A DNA stretch of 60,313 bases. It comes from a virus (Duplodnaviria > Caudoviricetes). The translations under genes and the position numbers were made by a program. The stretch covers positions 1 through 60,313 of the IMG/VR virus record IMGVR_UViG_3300006116_000003. One strand, given 5' to 3'. The notes under the pieces are model-generated. The model had not been told where the DNA came from. It searched no databases and saw only the letters and a list, made by a program, of their open reading frames with translations. Below, piece by piece: positions 7,028 to 18,679 of this stretch (position 1 is its first letter; every line of letters starts with the position of its first letter).

Positions 7028-10000
7028 AGCTCGACCCCAAAGCCATCTCCCGCGCGCTGAACATTGCGAAGCGGATCGGGGAGAACATCGACCCCGGCTT
7101 TGGGGGCGTCAATTTTCCCAAGGTGGGAACTGGCGTGCCTCTGGTGCGCAAGTCCGGTGGGCGCACGGGGTACTCCGACGGCGGCTCACAGGGCGACCCG
7201 CGGCTGGGCCAGCAGCATGCCGAACCTGAGCCGGATTACTCCGCTCCCGACAGCTACATGAACATGTACAGCAAGGCGGCCGACGTTGCCTCCAAGCTGC
7301 CGATGAAGCAGGCCTCGCCCGAGCAGTGGAAGGCCACGCTCCTGAACAAGGGCGTGAAGCCGGCTGAGCTCAAATGGTCCGAGTTCGACAGGCGGCTCGG
7401 AGACAAGCCGACGGTGAGCCGCGAAGAAGTCGCGCGCCACTTCGACATCTATCAGCCCGACATCCACAAGACCGAACTGCGCGGGCCTGACACGAAATAC
7501 AGTGCACACACCTTGCCGGGGGGTAAGGAATACCGAGAGGTTTTGCTCCACGAAGCCAATCCGGACGAAACGCGCCATCTGTCTTCGCATTGGACGCAGG
7601 TCGGCGGAAATTATAATCCTTGGGATGACACGGATGAACCCGAAGATATTCCCGACGTCTACGTTCACGCCCGCCTGAAGGATCGCGAAACACCCGACCG
7701 AAAGAAGGTTCTGCATGCCGAGGAGCTGCAGAGCGACTGGGGGCAGGAGGGGCGCAAGAAAAGCGACGGGACCGGCGGCTTCCGCGACCCGGATTGGAGA
7801 AAGGTGCGGCAGGATACCGAGGCGCAGGACCGCTTCAAGGATTACATCCGCGACCTGTCGCAGCGCACGGGCATGCACATCGAGCCCGAGCGCCCTTATC
7901 CCGATATTTACGATGCTGCCAGAAAGACGGGGGAGCTGGAACAGGTCTTCGAGCATGGCCGTAACGTGAAGGCGGAAAGAGAAGCCAACCTCCGCCGCCT
8001 GAACGTGCCTGTTGAAGGCCCTTATGTCGGCAGCACCAACGACTGGGTCGATCTCGGCCTGAAGCACCTGCTCTCGCACGCCGCGGCGAATGGCCATGAG
8101 CATCTGGCGTGGACGCCGGGTGACATGCAGGCGACCCATTACCGTGAAGACAACGAGACCAAGCAGGCTGCCCGCGTCAAGGGCATGCAGAAGTTCTACA
8201 ACGAGATCGTGCCGAACCGCTTGCTGAAGCTGGCGCGGATGCACGATCCCGAAGCGCGTCTGGGAACCGTTCAGACCAAGGAACCGGAACGCGCTTCCAG
8301 CGACCCTCGCGGCTCCTACACCCTTCCCTCGCTCGAGATCACGCCGCGGATGCGCGAGAGCATTCTCAAGCACGGCTTTTCGGCCTACGCCAGCGGTGGC
8401 TCGGTCGAGGGATATGAGGATGGCGGCACGCCTGAACCTCACCCGCTGACCAACCCGGTCTATCACGGCACCAAGGGCGAATCGGTTTCGTCCCCGATGG
8501 CCAGCGGGTTCAATATGGAGATGTTTGACGCCCAGCATCCCTCACTGGATTACAATGCCGAGAACGTGACGGCTCTCGCGCTTGGGCCGCACGTTGCGCG
8601 TGACCCCAACATTTCCGGCGACTACCGCTTCACCACGGGGGAGGAGCACAAAGAAGGCGGGCGCAAGCCGCTGTACGCCCAAGGTAAGGTGATGATGCTC
8701 AACACCTTCCCCGATGAGAAGTTCTTCCCCGTCAAGCAGAAGCTCAATGACGACGGATCGCCTATTCGCTTCAGAGAAGACAATGACGACAATGCCGTTT
8801 ACAACACCGTTTATGCGGACGTGTTCCGACACAACCCAAAACTTGCCCACGAAGTTTTGACAGGTCACGGGTACGACCCAGAGACGGCCAGCGAATATGT
8901 GAAGGGCTTCCAGTCCGGCAAACCCTTTGCCGACCCCTACATGGGTTCTTCCCGGTTTCCGTATCGGGATATTGAGCACTTCCTCTCAAGCCACAGGACG
9001 TTGAAGCCGGGTGAGCGCAATATCAAGAAGGTGGTGAAGGATTTTCGCAAGCGCATGCGGGATCGGGGATACGTTGGCCTCAGCTACATCAACACCGACG
9101 ATGACGAAACCGCGAACGCCGAAGACAGGAAGTGCTACATCGTGTTCCCTCAGCGTGACAAGCAGACCGGCTGGTACCCCCTGCGGATGAAGCACGCTGC
9201 CTATGATCCGCAGGAAAAGGCTAGTTCGGTTTTGACCCGCGCTGACGGCGGCGAGACCGACGCGCCTATGGCCATGTCTGCTGCTCGCGAAAATGTACCC
9301 GGCATCACTGTTTCTCCGCGCCCCGGCAAGATGGGTGGCTACCCCGTCCGTGAAGGCACAATGGATGAGCATGAGCCTTGGACATACGCAGCAGAGCCGG
9401 GCGAGCACATGCCTTCGCCCCCTCCAATTCAGGAGCCGGTGTACAATTCTCCGCGCCTTGATCGCCTGCACAGGCTGACGGCGCCAATTTTCAAAAGCAA
9501 GGGCTTCAACGACCTCGTTTATGATCTGACCGGCCTTCGCAACCTGAAGGTCAGCCCGATTCATGGGACGTGGAAGGGCGAGGCCGAGCCTTCTTTTCAT
9601 ATCAGTCACCCCGACCTGACTGCCGAGCATGTCAGCAAGCTTGCGCCGTTGCTGGGGTTTGGTTTCCAGCAGGATGCGGTGGTCCACCATCACCACAACG
9701 CGGACCAGCAGGGTGACGGCATCCCGGCATATTATATCGGGAAGGGGTCAAAGCTTTCCCCTAAGGATTTGCAGAGGATCACGGAAGCCGCCCAGAAGGA
9801 GGGGCTTGATTACTCGCAAACTTCTGATGGCAGGGGTGTAAAGTTTTTGCATTTCGGTGATGATGGCGAAGACCTTGACAGGTTCGACAGATCTGTCGAT
9901 AACATCGCCAACGCATCGGGCTTGCCGCACAGGCATATCGTTAAGACTTCAGGAGACCTTCAAAATGCGCAGGACTATCTCCCCGCAATCTTTGGCTCGG

Positions 10001-11697
10001 TGGGAGGAGCGGGCGAAGGCGAGGGGATGGACTCACGCCCCGCACGATCACCCCATCTATTCGGAAGGATCGTCGATCACGTTCTTGCACCATACGCCAA
10101 AGCCGTCGCATCGGAAGGGTACCGGATCTCACCCGAAAGGCTAGCGGAGACATACGGGCTGACTCCGGAGGAGACGGAGAAGGTCCGCACGGCCATGCTG
10201 CCGAAAGGATCGGCTGATCGAACCACCGTTCCCCTGATGAACGGTGAGGAGCCGCTCGATGTCCGCCCGACCGGGGCGAACGGCAAAGCCAACGTCGGCG
10301 ACGTTCTTTTCGCACTGCAAAATCGTGCCGCGCGTCACGGCACGATCAACCCCGGCGACCACAGCCCTCAGGCGATGGATAGAATCGCTTCGGACGTGGC
10401 CAAAGAGGTGAAGTATCATACCGATACGGCCGGAAAGTCGGCCATCGGTTGGTACGACAGCGCCCTCAAAAAAGCGATGTCGCAGTACGAGGATCATTTT
10501 CCAGAGCTGAAGAACAACAAGGACGCGCAAGCTGCCTTCAAGGCGATCCTTGGGATCACCTCGCAGGGGCAGGATGTCTTCCAGAACTCGGGCCATACCA
10601 TTCGCGCATATGACTTGCTGCGCAAGGGGGTCCCAATCCCTGATGTCGTCAAAAAGCTTCGCGGCACCTTTGGAGACAAGACCCGAGCGATTGAGACCAA
10701 CCTCATGAAGCTGCACGACCTGTCCCAGAAGGCGGGCGGCTACGACGCGTTGAGCAATGTCCTCAACAAAAAGATGAGCGTCTCAGACTGGAACAAGTAC
10801 CTGAAAAACAACCCAAGCCTCCATTTCGATGGAGAGCCGTTGGGGATGAAGGGGGGTAGCAATCAGAAAGTCACCGGCTGGACGGTTTTTGGCCCGAAGA
10901 TCGGTTCGTTCATCAACAACCTGAATGGCGACTATTCCACCCTGACGGCCGACCTTTGGTTCAGCCGCACTTGGAACCGCCTGCTGGGCCACAACTTTAT
11001 TCACACCCCAGAAGTCGAGGCCAAGCAGTATCGCGACTTCCGCGATGCCCTCGTCGCCGAGCATGCCCATCACAATCCAGACGAGGCATTGCCTGAGGCA
11101 TCGCCATACAAGACCTCTGCGGGCAAGGTGAAGATGGACACCAGCGGCCGCCCGCAACCTTGGCTGCACGGCAATGACGTGGGGTCTTTGGGCCGTGACG
11201 AGATGGACAGCCTTGTCAATGATCCGGAGAAGATGCTGAGCTTGGCGCAGCAGGCCAACGACCTGTACCGGAAGGGCGGGTACAAGGGCAAAAGCGACCT
11301 TCGGCGTCGAGCCAAGAACTGGATCGAGAATCGCGAAAACCCCGTTGCTGCGCCGCGCGGCGACCTTGAGCGAGATTTTCAGCAGAACACCATCGAAAAG
11401 GCCCAGAAAAAGCTCAAGAAGCAAGGCCTAGACATCAGTGTCGCGGACATTCAGGCCGCGCTGTGGTTTCATGAAAAAGACCTCTTCAACAAGCTCGGGG
11501 TTGCATCCGAGAAGGCGAAGCCTGCGGATTACTCTGACGCCGCCGCCAAGATGCTCGCGCAGTACGCCGCCAATAGACCGGCTCCTCGCCCCAAGAAGTA
11601 CATCGGGGGAGGATTGACAAGCCGAGCGCCGCTTCATGTGCCAAAGGATGCCGTCGAAAGAGCACTTCTTATTGCGCGAAAGATGAGGTATAGCTGA
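7024..11697 (+). CDS. Large polyvalent protein (GNAT-like, ART-like and HhH-GPD glycosylase-like domains inferred)
   Basis: [13 protein letters not shown] domain; PVYHGT domain; [21 protein letters not shown] domain; xxxGG linkers. Confidence 0.65.
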   Translation: MKLDPKAISRALNIAKRIGENIDPGFGGVNFPKVGTGVPLVRKSGGRTGYSDGGSQGDPRLGQQHAEPEPDYSAPDSYMNMYSKAADVASKLPMKQASPEQWKATLLNKGVKPAELKWSEFDRRLGDKPTVSREEVARHFDIYQPDIHKTELRGPDTKYSAHTLPGGKEYREVLLHEANPDETRHLSSHWTQVGGNYNPWDDTDEPEDIPDVYVHARLKDRETPDRKKVLHAEELQSDWGQEGRKKSDGTGGFRDPDWRKVRQDTEAQDRFKDYIRDLSQRTGMHIEPERPYPDIYDAARKTGELEQVFEHGRNVKAEREANLRRLNVPVEGPYVGSTNDWVDLGLKHLLSHAAANGHEHLAWTPGDMQATHYREDNETKQAARVKGMQKFYNEIVPNRLLKLARMHDPEARLGTVQTKEPERASSDPRGSYTLPSLEITPRMRESILKHGFSAYASGGSVEGYEDGGTPEPHPLTNPVYHGTKGESVSSPMASGFNMEMFDAQHPSLDYNAENVTALALGPHVARDPNISGDYRFTTGEEHKEGGRKPLYAQGKVMMLNTFPDEKFFPVKQKLNDDGSPIRFREDNDDNAVYNTVYADVFRHNPKLAHEVLTGHGYDPETASEYVKGFQSGKPFADPYMGSSRFPYRDIEHFLSSHRTLKPGERNIKKVVKDFRKRMRDRGYVGLSYINTDDDETANAEDRKCYIVFPQRDKQTGWYPLRMKHAAYDPQEKASSVLTRADGGETDAPMAMSAARENVPGITVSPRPGKMGGYPVREGTMDEHEPWTYAAEPGEHMPSPPPIQEPVYNSPRLDRLHRLTAPIFKSKGFNDLVYDLTGLRNLKVSPIHGTWKGEAEPSFHISHPDLTAEHVSKLAPLLGFGFQQDAVVHHHHNADQQGDGIPAYYIGKGSKLSPKDLQRITEAAQKEGLDYSQTSDGRGVKFLHFGDDGEDLDRFDRSVDNIANASGLPHRHIVKTSGDLQNAQDYLPAIFGSVGGAGEGEGMDSRPARSPHLFGRIVDHVLAPYAKAVASEGYRISPERLAETYGLTPEETEKVRTAMLPKGSADRTTVPLMNGEEPLDVRPTGANGKANVGDVLFALQNRAARHGTINPGDHSPQAMDRIASDVAKEVKYHTDTAGKSAIGWYDSALKKAMSQYEDHFPELKNNKDAQAAFKAILGITSQGQDVFQNSGHTIRAYDLLRKGVPIPDVVKKLRGTFGDKTRAIETNLMKLHDLSQKAGGYDALSNVLNKKMSVSDWNKYLKNNPSLHFDGEPLGMKGGSNQKVTGWTVFGPKIGSFINNLNGDYSTLTADLWFSRTWNRLLGHNFIHTPEVEAKQYRDFRDALVAEHAHHNPDEALPEASPYKTSAGKVKMDTSGRPQPWLHGNDVGSLGRDEMDSLVNDPEKMLSLAQQANDLYRKGGYKGKSDLRRRAKNWIENRENPVAAPRGDLERDFQQNTIEKAQKKLKKQGLDISVADIQAALWFHEKDLFNKLGVASEKAKPADYSDAAAKMLAQYAANRPAPRPKKYIGGGLTSRAPLHVPKDAVERALLIARKMRYS

Positions 11698-11771
11698 CGC
11701 GTTGTGCCTCTTCTTCCAGTTTTCAACTATACCGCACTTGCCCACTACGCGGTGACTACACGGAGACAGTA

Positions 11772-13232
11772 ATGTCCGAACACCTGAAGCAAGCCCGCAA
11801 GTCCATGAAGGACAAGATCTCGCGCTACATGGAAAAGGGCGAGGGCGCGGTTGACGCTTCGGGGTACGTCGTCCCCGACTTCCTGAACGTGGGCGTGAAG
11901 ACCGGCGCTCGGCCGCTGACCCGCAAGCTGTACAAGCGCGGAGGCTCGGTCAAGGCTACGGGCACCGAAGCCGAAGGCAAGAAGGCCAAGCACCACGCTG
12001 GCCGCAAGGCGCGCAAGAGCGGTGGCGCCAGTGTAGTCAAGGACTACATCAACCGCGACCAGCGCGAAGCCAACGAAGATCGCGAGGGCGTCAAGCACCT
12101 CGGCGCCTACAAGCGCGGCGGGCGTACCAAGAAGGCTGACGGCGGCCTGATGGGGCCGGGCCTGTATGGCATGCAAAGCCAGCCCACTTCGAGCCGCATG
12201 AGCAAGGCCGCCGGCCTGAAGCGCGGCGGCCGCGCTGCCGGCGGCGAAGCTTACGACGATTCTGACATGGATGACGGCATGGATTTCGGCGCCGCCAAGC
12301 GCGGTGACGTCAAGACCATCTACCCGCCGAAGACCCCGATCAAGACCCGGCCGCTGCCCAGCCAGCAGCCGAAGCCGCGCCCGTTCAACGATCCCGATGG
12401 CGAGCGCATCCCCACCGACGCCGACGTCAAGCGCATGATGGGCTATAAGCGCGGCGGCAAGATGCCCATGAAGGAGTGGGAGGGCTCGCGCAAGGATCTG
12501 GTCGAGGATAAGAAGCTGGCCAAGAAGCACCACATGACCTTCAAGGAGTGGGAAGCTTCGGATCTCGACAAGAAGCACGACAAGCAGCAGAACATGAAGG
12601 GCCTGAAGCGCGGCGGCTCGGCTGACCATCCCCACGGCTGCCGCTGCGAGCGGTGCTGGGGCGGTCGCGCCAAGCGCGCCTCGGGCGGCGGCAACTGGAT
12701 CAAGGAAGCCGTCAAGCATCCCGGAGCCCTTCACAAGTCGCTGGGCGTCTCTGCGGGCGAAAAGATCCCGGAGAAGAAGCTCCTTCGCGCCGAACACAGC
12801 AGCAACCCTGTGACGGCCAAGCGCGCTCGCCTCGCCGAGACGCTGAAGAAGCTCCCGCACAAGAAGGGTGGAGGCTCTCTCTCGGTCAGTGACGGTGAAT
12901 TGGAAGGCACTCGTCCGACCGGTGACCGCCTCGCCCGCAAGGCTGGTGGCCGCGCCAAGGGCAAGACCAACATCAACATCGTGATCGCGACTGGCAAGGG
13001 CCAGCAGCCGATGGGCGGCCTTGGCCCCCAGCCCGGCATGCCGCCTCAGCAGCCGATGGGCCGCCCTGTGCCTGTCGCGCCTCCGGCTGGTGCTCCGGCC
13101 GCCGGCGCTCCGATGCCGATGCCCATCCCGATGCCGATGCCTTCGGGCGCCCCTGCCGGGGCACCTCCGATGGGTCGCAAGTTCGGTGGCCGCAGCACTC
13201 ACAAGGAGCATCGCCTGCTCCACAAGAAGTAA
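11772..13232 (+). CDS. Basic low-complexity protein with ~12 xxxGG motifs (putative internal head protein)
   Basis: GGAGA RBS; K/R/G-rich; repeated YKRGG/LKRGG/RKSGG. Confidence 0.75.
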   Translation: MSEHLKQARKSMKDKISRYMEKGEGAVDASGYVVPDFLNVGVKTGARPLTRKLYKRGGSVKATGTEAEGKKAKHHAGRKARKSGGASVVKDYINRDQREANEDREGVKHLGAYKRGGRTKKADGGLMGPGLYGMQSQPTSSRMSKAAGLKRGGRAAGGEAYDDSDMDDGMDFGAAKRGDVKTIYPPKTPIKTRPLPSQQPKPRPFNDPDGERIPTDADVKRMMGYKRGGKMPMKEWEGSRKDLVEDKKLAKKHHMTFKEWEASDLDKKHDKQQNMKGLKRGGSADHPHGCRCERCWGGRAKRASGGGNWIKEAVKHPGALHKSLGVSAGEKIPEKKLLRAEHSSNPVTAKRARLAETLKKLPHKKGGGSLSVSDGELEGTRPTGDRLARKAGGRAKGKTNINIVIATGKGQQPMGGLGPQPGMPPQQPMGRPVPVAPPAGAPAAGAPMPMPIPMPMPSGAPAGAPPMGRKFGGRSTHKEHRLLHKK

Positions 13233-13239
13233 GGAGAAA

Positions 13240-13261
13240 GGGCGTCCCCGAGGGGGCGCCC
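13240..13261 (+). terminator. Stem-loop, possible terminator or processing site
   Basis: GGGCGTCCC-CGAG-GGGGCGCCC followed by an AT-rich run. Confidence 0.4.
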
Positions 13262-13268
13262 ATTCATT

Positions 13269-13469
13269 ATGATGAATATCAGCACACTATTCGAAGCCGA
13301 ACTGAAGAAGATGATCGACGAGGAGCTGCAGCGAATTGCAGAAAAACTCCTCGTGGGCTTTTCAATTGACGACATGGGCCAATATAAGCACGAGACGGGG
13401 CGAGTCGCCGCCCTGCGATGGATCTTGGACGCCTGCGACGAAGTGAATGAAATTATTGCCAAGAAGTAG
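13269..13469 (+). CDS. Small hypothetical protein
   Basis: Helical 66-aa ORF directly before the GroES-like gene. Confidence 0.65.
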   Translation: MMNISTLFEAELKKMIDEELQRIAEKLLVGFSIDDMGQYKHETGRVAALRWILDACDEVNEIIAKK

Positions 13470-13478
13470 GAGAATACA

Positions 13479-13871
13479 GTGCCTCATATGATTATGGATC
13501 ATGAAACGGATCCGAAGAAGCAAATCTGGGACAAGGTCGGGAGCCTCGAGGATTTTGCGATTGCGAACAATCAGGTTCTCGTCGCCATCTACATCCGCCC
13601 CGAAAAGACCAAGTCGGGCATCGTCCTCCCCGACAACTACCGCGACGAAGACCGGTATCAGTCGAAGGCCGCCCTCGTCCTCAAGAAGGGGCCTGTCGCC
13701 TTCAAGGAAGAGAACCCCGAGTGGTTCGCCGACTTCGACATCAACGTGAACGATTGGGTGGTCTACCGGCCGTCTGATGGCTGGGCCATTACCATCAATG
13801 GCGTGCCCTGCCGGATGGTCAAGGACACCTCGATCAACATGCGAGTCCCCGCCCCTGACGCCGTTTGGTAA
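13479..13871 (+). CDS. GroES-like co-chaperonin
   Basis: QVLV...EKTKSGIVLPD...ALVLKKGP..F...NDWVVY mobile-loop pattern; AGGAG RBS, GTG start. Confidence 0.8.
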   Translation: MPHMIMDHETDPKKQIWDKVGSLEDFAIANNQVLVAIYIRPEKTKSGIVLPDNYRDEDRYQSKAALVLKKGPVAFKEENPEWFADFDINVNDWVVYRPSDGWAITINGVPCRMVKDTSINMRVPAPDAVW

Positions 13872-13882
13872 GGAATACGATT

Positions 13883-14752
13883 ATGGAAGAAGAAGTGATG
13901 GAGCCGCTCGAGGTCATCCTCGACGACGAAGCCCCCGAGGCCGACAAGGTTGAGGTTCAGGTCGAACAGGATCCGCCGAAGCCGGATATGATCGAGCCGG
14001 AAAAGGGCATCGAAGCCCTGCGCCAGCGCCTTGAGGCCGAGCAGAACGCCCGCATCGAGGCTGAGCGCCGCGCTCAGGCTGAATCGGAGCGCGCCTTCCG
14101 CGCGCAGAACGAAGCCCAGACCACGCAGTTGCACCTGATCAGCAACAGCATCGACAGCTACCGCCAGAACTCCGAAGTGCTCAAGGCGAACTACGCCTCG
14201 GCGATGGAGAACGGCGACTACAGCCAAGCCGCTGCGATTCAGGAAGCGATGGCGCGCAACTCGGCCGAGCTTCTCATGCTCGAGCAGGGCCGTGACACGA
14301 TGCAGGCGGCGCCCAAGCCGCAGGCGCCGACTTATCAGCCCCCGCAGCCCTCGGATCCCGTCGAGGCCTTCGCTGCTCAGTGCACGCCGCGCTCGGCCGA
14401 CTGGGTTCGCGCGCACCCCGATTACGTGACCAACCCGGCCCTGCAGCAGCAGATGTTCGCGGCCCACCAGTTCGCTGTGGCCTCGGGCAATCCGGTCGAT
14501 AGCCCGGCCTATTTCTCGGCCGTTGAGCGCGTGCTCGGCATCGACGACAGCGGCCACGAGACCCCGCGGCAGCGGGCCAGCGCACCGCCGGCCGCTCCGG
14601 TCAGCCGGGGCGCTTCGGGCACGGGCGGCTCCCGCCCGACCCACGTCACATTGACACCGGCGCAGCGCGAGGCTGCGAGGATGTCGGGGATGACCGACAA
14701 GGAATACGCCCAGAGCCTCATCAAAATGCGCCGTGAAGGGCGCATCATTTAA
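13883..14752 (+). CDS. Putative capsid scaffolding protein
   Basis: Acidic N-terminus, coiled coil, C-terminal LTPAQREAARMSGMTDKEYA; upstream of capsid genes. Confidence 0.7.
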   Translation: MEEEVMEPLEVILDDEAPEADKVEVQVEQDPPKPDMIEPEKGIEALRQRLEAEQNARIEAERRAQAESERAFRAQNEAQTTQLHLISNSIDSYRQNSEVLKANYASAMENGDYSQAAAIQEAMARNSAELLMLEQGRDTMQAAPKPQAPTYQPPQPSDPVEAFAAQCTPRSADWVRAHPDYVTNPALQQQMFAAHQFAVASGNPVDSPAYFSAVERVLGIDDSGHETPRQRASAPPAAPVSRGASGTGGSRPTHVTLTPAQREAARMSGMTDKEYAQSLIKMRREGRII

Positions 14753-14764
14753 CAGGAGTTACAG

Positions 14765-15376
14765 ATGGCACGCGTCCCCCGTAAATCGCCCGTGAAGCGC
14801 CTCTCCGCCCAGCGGGCGGCGGCCAATCGGGCTGCAGAAGAAGTCATTGTCGAGGCTGAACCCGAGATTGTGATCGTTCGCGAAGACCTTCGCGCCCCAA
14901 TCCGCGAGGAAGACCCGCGCGCTCGCGCTGATCGCCGCGCGCAGGAGATCTTGGGCCACGGCTCGTTCTCGGCCGGCACGTCCGACCAGTTCTACATCGA
15001 TCCGGACTCGATCCCCGACGGCTGGACCTACGAGTGGAAGCGCGCTCAGACGGTCAACAAGAACGAAGACGCCTATGGGATCGAACTGCGCCGCAACGGC
15101 TGGGAGCCGGTCCCTTCGGGCCGTCACCCCGAGCTGATGCCTCCGGGCGTCCGCGACGAAACGATCACCCGCAACGGCATGATCCTGATGGAGCGGCCGG
15201 CCGAAGTGACCGAGACCGTTCGCCGGATGGAATTGAACGAAGCGCGCGAACTGCAGCGCCTTCCTCACCAACTGGCCGGAGAAAGCCCGCGCGGGACTTT
15301 CGAGCGCAGGAACAAGGACTCTTCGCTACACAAAATCAAGAGCTCCTTCGAACCGATCATGGTCCCAGAGAACTGA
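14765..15376 (+). CDS. Hypothetical head-module protein
   Basis: AGGAG RBS; IPDGWTYEWKR..GWEPV..GMILMERP. Confidence 0.7.
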   Translation: MARVPRKSPVKRLSAQRAAANRAAEEVIVEAEPEIVIVREDLRAPIREEDPRARADRRAQEILGHGSFSAGTSDQFYIDPDSIPDGWTYEWKRAQTVNKNEDAYGIELRRNGWEPVPSGRHPELMPPGVRDETITRNGMILMERPAEVTETVRRMELNEARELQRLPHQLAGESPRGTFERRNKDSSLHKIKSSFEPIMVPEN

Positions 15377-15400
15377 GTCGTTTCGAAATGAATACTACAG

Positions 15401-15429
15401 AGGCCCGGTCAAAAGCCGGGCCTTTGTTT
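15401..15429 (+). terminator. Rho-independent terminator
   Basis: AGGCCCGG/CCGGGCCT stem followed by TTGTTT. Confidence 0.7.
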
Positions 15430-15430
15430 A

Positions 15431-15460
15431 TTGACAGAGTATCTTCTGTAGATGTATGAG
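15431..15460 (+). promoter_or_regulatory. Possible sigma70 promoter for capsid operon
   Basis: TTGACA-N18-TATGAG right after the terminator. Confidence 0.4.
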
Positions 15461-15553
15461 TCGTGATCACTCCCCCCGGCGTGGGAGACTCGTATTTATT
15501 TGGCCTCAGTTGCCCCGGAGCGCGACAACGGTCATCCCACAGGAGTCACCAAA

Positions 15554-16474
15554 ATGGCGAATACTTTTGCGCCCAATGGTTTCGCTCAGTTTCAGGGGAC
15601 TGGCGCAACGCCGTCTTACGAACAGACCGCGATGGCCATTGCCTCGACCAATACTACTCCGATTTTCCTCAACGACCCCATCGTTCAGGCTTCGAGCGCC
15701 TCGACTGGTGTCGGCACTGGTTACATCGCGCAGGCTGCTGCTCCCGTGTCGCTGGCCGTTTCGGGTATCGTGGTTACCGCCGGCGTTGCCGTCGCGACCT
15801 TCACAGCCCTGTCGGCCGCCCCGCCGGTCGGCGCCACTGTCGTGTTCACTGGTACAAGCTTCGCCACCGGCGGTAGCTTCAACAGCGCCTACACGATCAC
15901 AGCCTCCTCGACCACGACCGTCACCTTCACCGTCAACGGCGCCTTCTCGAGCACCCTGACCTTCGGTGCTGCCACCGTGTACGTGCCGGTTGCCGGCGTG
16001 TTCACAGGCTGCAAGTACCTCTCGACATCGCAGAAGCGCACTGTCTGGAGCAACTACTGGCCGGGTTCGGACGCCAACGGTGACGTCACCGCCTACGCGA
16101 TCACTGACCCGAACGCGCAGTTCGTTGTTCAGACCGGCAACAGCAACACCACCGCCACTGCGGTTGGTCTTGCGAACGTCGGCCAGAACATCGGCTTCAG
16201 CTACTCGCAGTCGGGTGTGACCACCACCAACGGCAACACCGCTACAGGCATCTCGACCTACTTCGCGGACCAGTACACCCTGTCGGCCAACTCGGCTCAG
16301 GGCTACTACGCGAACGCCGTCCTGCCGTTCCGCATCGTTTCGCTCCTGAACTACGTTCCCGGTCAGACCAGCCCGCTGGTCTCGATCAACGGTAGCGACC
16401 CGACCACCGCGTACAACAAGATCGTTGTTGGCTTCAACAACGCGATGCCCAACCGCCCCGGCGCTGGTATCTAA
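15554..16474 (+). CDS. Capsid decoration or minor capsid protein with inserted beta module
   Basis: AGGAG RBS, MANTFAPNGF start; immediately upstream of MCP. Confidence 0.7.
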   Translation: MANTFAPNGFAQFQGTGATPSYEQTAMAIASTNTTPIFLNDPIVQASSASTGVGTGYIAQAAAPVSLAVSGIVVTAGVAVATFTALSAAPPVGATVVFTGTSFATGGSFNSAYTITASSTTTVTFTVNGAFSSTLTFGAATVYVPVAGVFTGCKYLSTSQKRTVWSNYWPGSDANGDVTAYAITDPNAQFVVQTGNSNTTATAVGLANVGQNIGFSYSQSGVTTTNGNTATGISTYFADQYTLSANSAQGYYANAVLPFRIVSLLNYVPGQTSPLVSINGSDPTTAYNKIVVGFNNAMPNRPGAGI

Positions 16475-16487
16475 GGAGTAAGGCAAA

Positions 16488-17402
16488 ATGGCTGTCAATC
16501 TTTCAGCAATTAAAGACCTTCTGCTCCCCGGCCTCCGTGGGGTTGAAGGCAAGTACGAGATGATCCCAACTCAGTACGACAAGATCTTCACGAAGCACGA
16601 CTCGAAGATGGCGCTTGAGCGCACCGTCGAGATGCGCTTCCTTGGTCTTGCCGCACTGAAGAATGAAGGCGGTCAGACCTCGTTCGACAACGGCGCTGGC
16701 GAGCGTTTCGTGTACAACCAAGAGCACAATGAAATTGGCCTTGGCTACGCGATCACCCGCAAGGCCATCGACGACAACCTGTACAAGACCCAGTTCCATC
16801 CCTCGAACATGGGCCTCATCGAGTCGTTCCGTCAGACCAAGGAAATCTACGGCGCCTCGATCTTCAACTTCGCCCAGACCTACAACGCGGCGGTCGGTGG
16901 TGACGGTGTGGCCCTGTGCTCAACCGCTCACCCGATTGACGGCGGTACGATTGCCAACAAGCCGGTGGTGGACGTCGATCTTAACGAATCGACCCTGCTG
17001 AACGCTCTGATCGGCATCCGCACCAACTTCCGCGATCAGGCGAACCTGAAGATCCACGCCCGTGGCCGCAAGCTGATCGTTCCGCCTCAGCTCGAACCCG
17101 TCGCCGTCCGTCTGACCAAGACCGAACTGCGTCCGGGTACTTCGGACAACGACGTCAACGCGCTGCACACAGTCGCTGGCGGCCTGTCGGAAGGCTACTT
17201 GGTCAACGACTTCCTGACCTCGTCGTATGCTTGGTTCTTGCTGACCAACATCGACGGTCTGTCGTACATGGAACGCATGAAGTTTGAAATGGACATGCAG
17301 GTTGACTTTGTGACAGACAACCTTCTTGTCAAGGGCTACGAGCGTTACAGCTTCGGTTACTACAACTGGCGTTCTGTGTACGGTTCGTTCCCGACTTCGT
17401 AA
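16488..17402 (+). CDS. Major capsid protein
   Basis: 304 aa; strong RBS; ITRKAIDDNLY, KLIVPPQL, ERYSFG..NWR motifs; position. Confidence 0.88.
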   Translation: MAVNLSAIKDLLLPGLRGVEGKYEMIPTQYDKIFTKHDSKMALERTVEMRFLGLAALKNEGGQTSFDNGAGERFVYNQEHNEIGLGYAITRKAIDDNLYKTQFHPSNMGLIESFRQTKEIYGASIFNFAQTYNAAVGGDGVALCSTAHPIDGGTIANKPVVDVDLNESTLLNALIGIRTNFRDQANLKIHARGRKLIVPPQLEPVAVRLTKTELRPGTSDNDVNALHTVAGGLSEGYLVNDFLTSSYAWFLLTNIDGLSYMERMKFEMDMQVDFVTDNLLVKGYERYSFGYYNWRSVYGSFPTS

Positions 17403-17425
17403 CTTAAGCAGAAAGGAGAAGCAAA

Positions 17426-18667
17426 ATGTCTATTTCTGCTTTTGCGGGTCCGCTCGTTTCCTTCGGGCAGTCGCCTTATCCGGCGAGTGACTACAACCCG
17501 GAGATTGGTCCGTCGCTGTTTTACGCGGGTTCGGGGATCCTTGATCCCCGCACTCCGTACACATACAACCCCGGCCAAGACTTCGGTGCGGCCACCGCTG
17601 GCTTCCTCGGCGTGCAGGATGTGGTGTCTCTGAACATCCTCCCTTACACGCTGAGCAAGACTGCGATTGTCACCACCGCTGTCGCCGTCACCGCCAACAC
17701 GGCGATGACTCTGGCTGCGGCGTCGTCGGCCACCACCGGTATCGCCATCAACCAGTCGATCACTCGCGCCGATACCGGTGCGACGGTCACTGGCCTGATC
17801 GGGATCGACGCCTACACCTCGGTGACTGGCTACATCTCGAACGGCACCAGCGGCACCGCCGGCAACATTCTGATCGTCTCGACGGCTTCGGCCGCCCCGC
17901 TGACGATTGGCATGGTGATTAGCGGCACCGGCATCGGTAGCAACGTGGTGATCACTGGCTACGGCCCGACCGTCAACGTCTCCAACGGTGGCGCTGGCGC
18001 TGGCCTGACCGGCTCGTACACTGTCAGCGGCGCTCCGGTGGCCGCGGGCACAAGCGGCTCGCCAATCACGATCACTGCCTCGCTGGGGAACTCGACGCTG
18101 AACGCCATCGCTGCCGAACGCACTCCGTTCGGTTCGGCGGGTACCGTTCAGCTCTGGAACCCGATGGCCCTGACGGCTCGCGCGGTCAGCGTCACGCCGA
18201 CTTCGGGCACTCCGACTGCCAGCATCAACTTCACCGTCTCGGGCTATGACATCTATGGCTACCCGATGACCGAAGTTATCGCTCTGACGACCGGTTCGAC
18301 ACAGAACACGGCCGTCAGCGGCAAGAAGGCGTTCAAGTTCATCTCCTCGGTCGTTCCTTCGGTGACGGACACTGTGACCTATTCTGTCGGCACCACCGAC
18401 ACGTTTGGTCTCCCGATCCGCTCGGACTTCTTCGGCGATACCTTGATCGTGTACCCCGGAACCGGCTCCACGAACGTGGTGACCTCGGTGACTGGTTACA
18501 CAGCGGCAGTGACCACAACGGCCACTTCCACCACCGGTGACGTGCGAGGGACATACACTGTGCAGACAGCGTCCTCGACCAACACCAACCGACTGATTGT
18601 CCGTCAGTCGCCCGCCCTGTACAACATCAGCTCGGCAACGGGCCTGTTTGGCGTTACTCAGGCATAA
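17426..18667 (+). CDS. Virion structural protein (S/T/G-rich)
   Basis: AAGGAG RBS; beta-rich composition; follows MCP. Confidence 0.75.
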   Translation: MSISAFAGPLVSFGQSPYPASDYNPEIGPSLFYAGSGILDPRTPYTYNPGQDFGAATAGFLGVQDVVSLNILPYTLSKTAIVTTAVAVTANTAMTLAAASSATTGIAINQSITRADTGATVTGLIGIDAYTSVTGYISNGTSGTAGNILIVSTASAAPLTIGMVISGTGIGSNVVITGYGPTVNVSNGGAGAGLTGSYTVSGAPVAAGTSGSPITITASLGNSTLNAIAAERTPFGSAGTVQLWNPMALTARAVSVTPTSGTPTASINFTVSGYDIYGYPMTEVIALTTGSTQNTAVSGKKAFKFISSVVPSVTDTVTYSVGTTDTFGLPIRSDFFGDTLIVYPGTGSTNVVTSVTGYTAAVTTTATSTTGDVRGTYTVQTASSTNTNRLIVRQSPALYNISSATGLFGVTQA

Positions 18668-18679
18668 GGAGGCCTGTAA

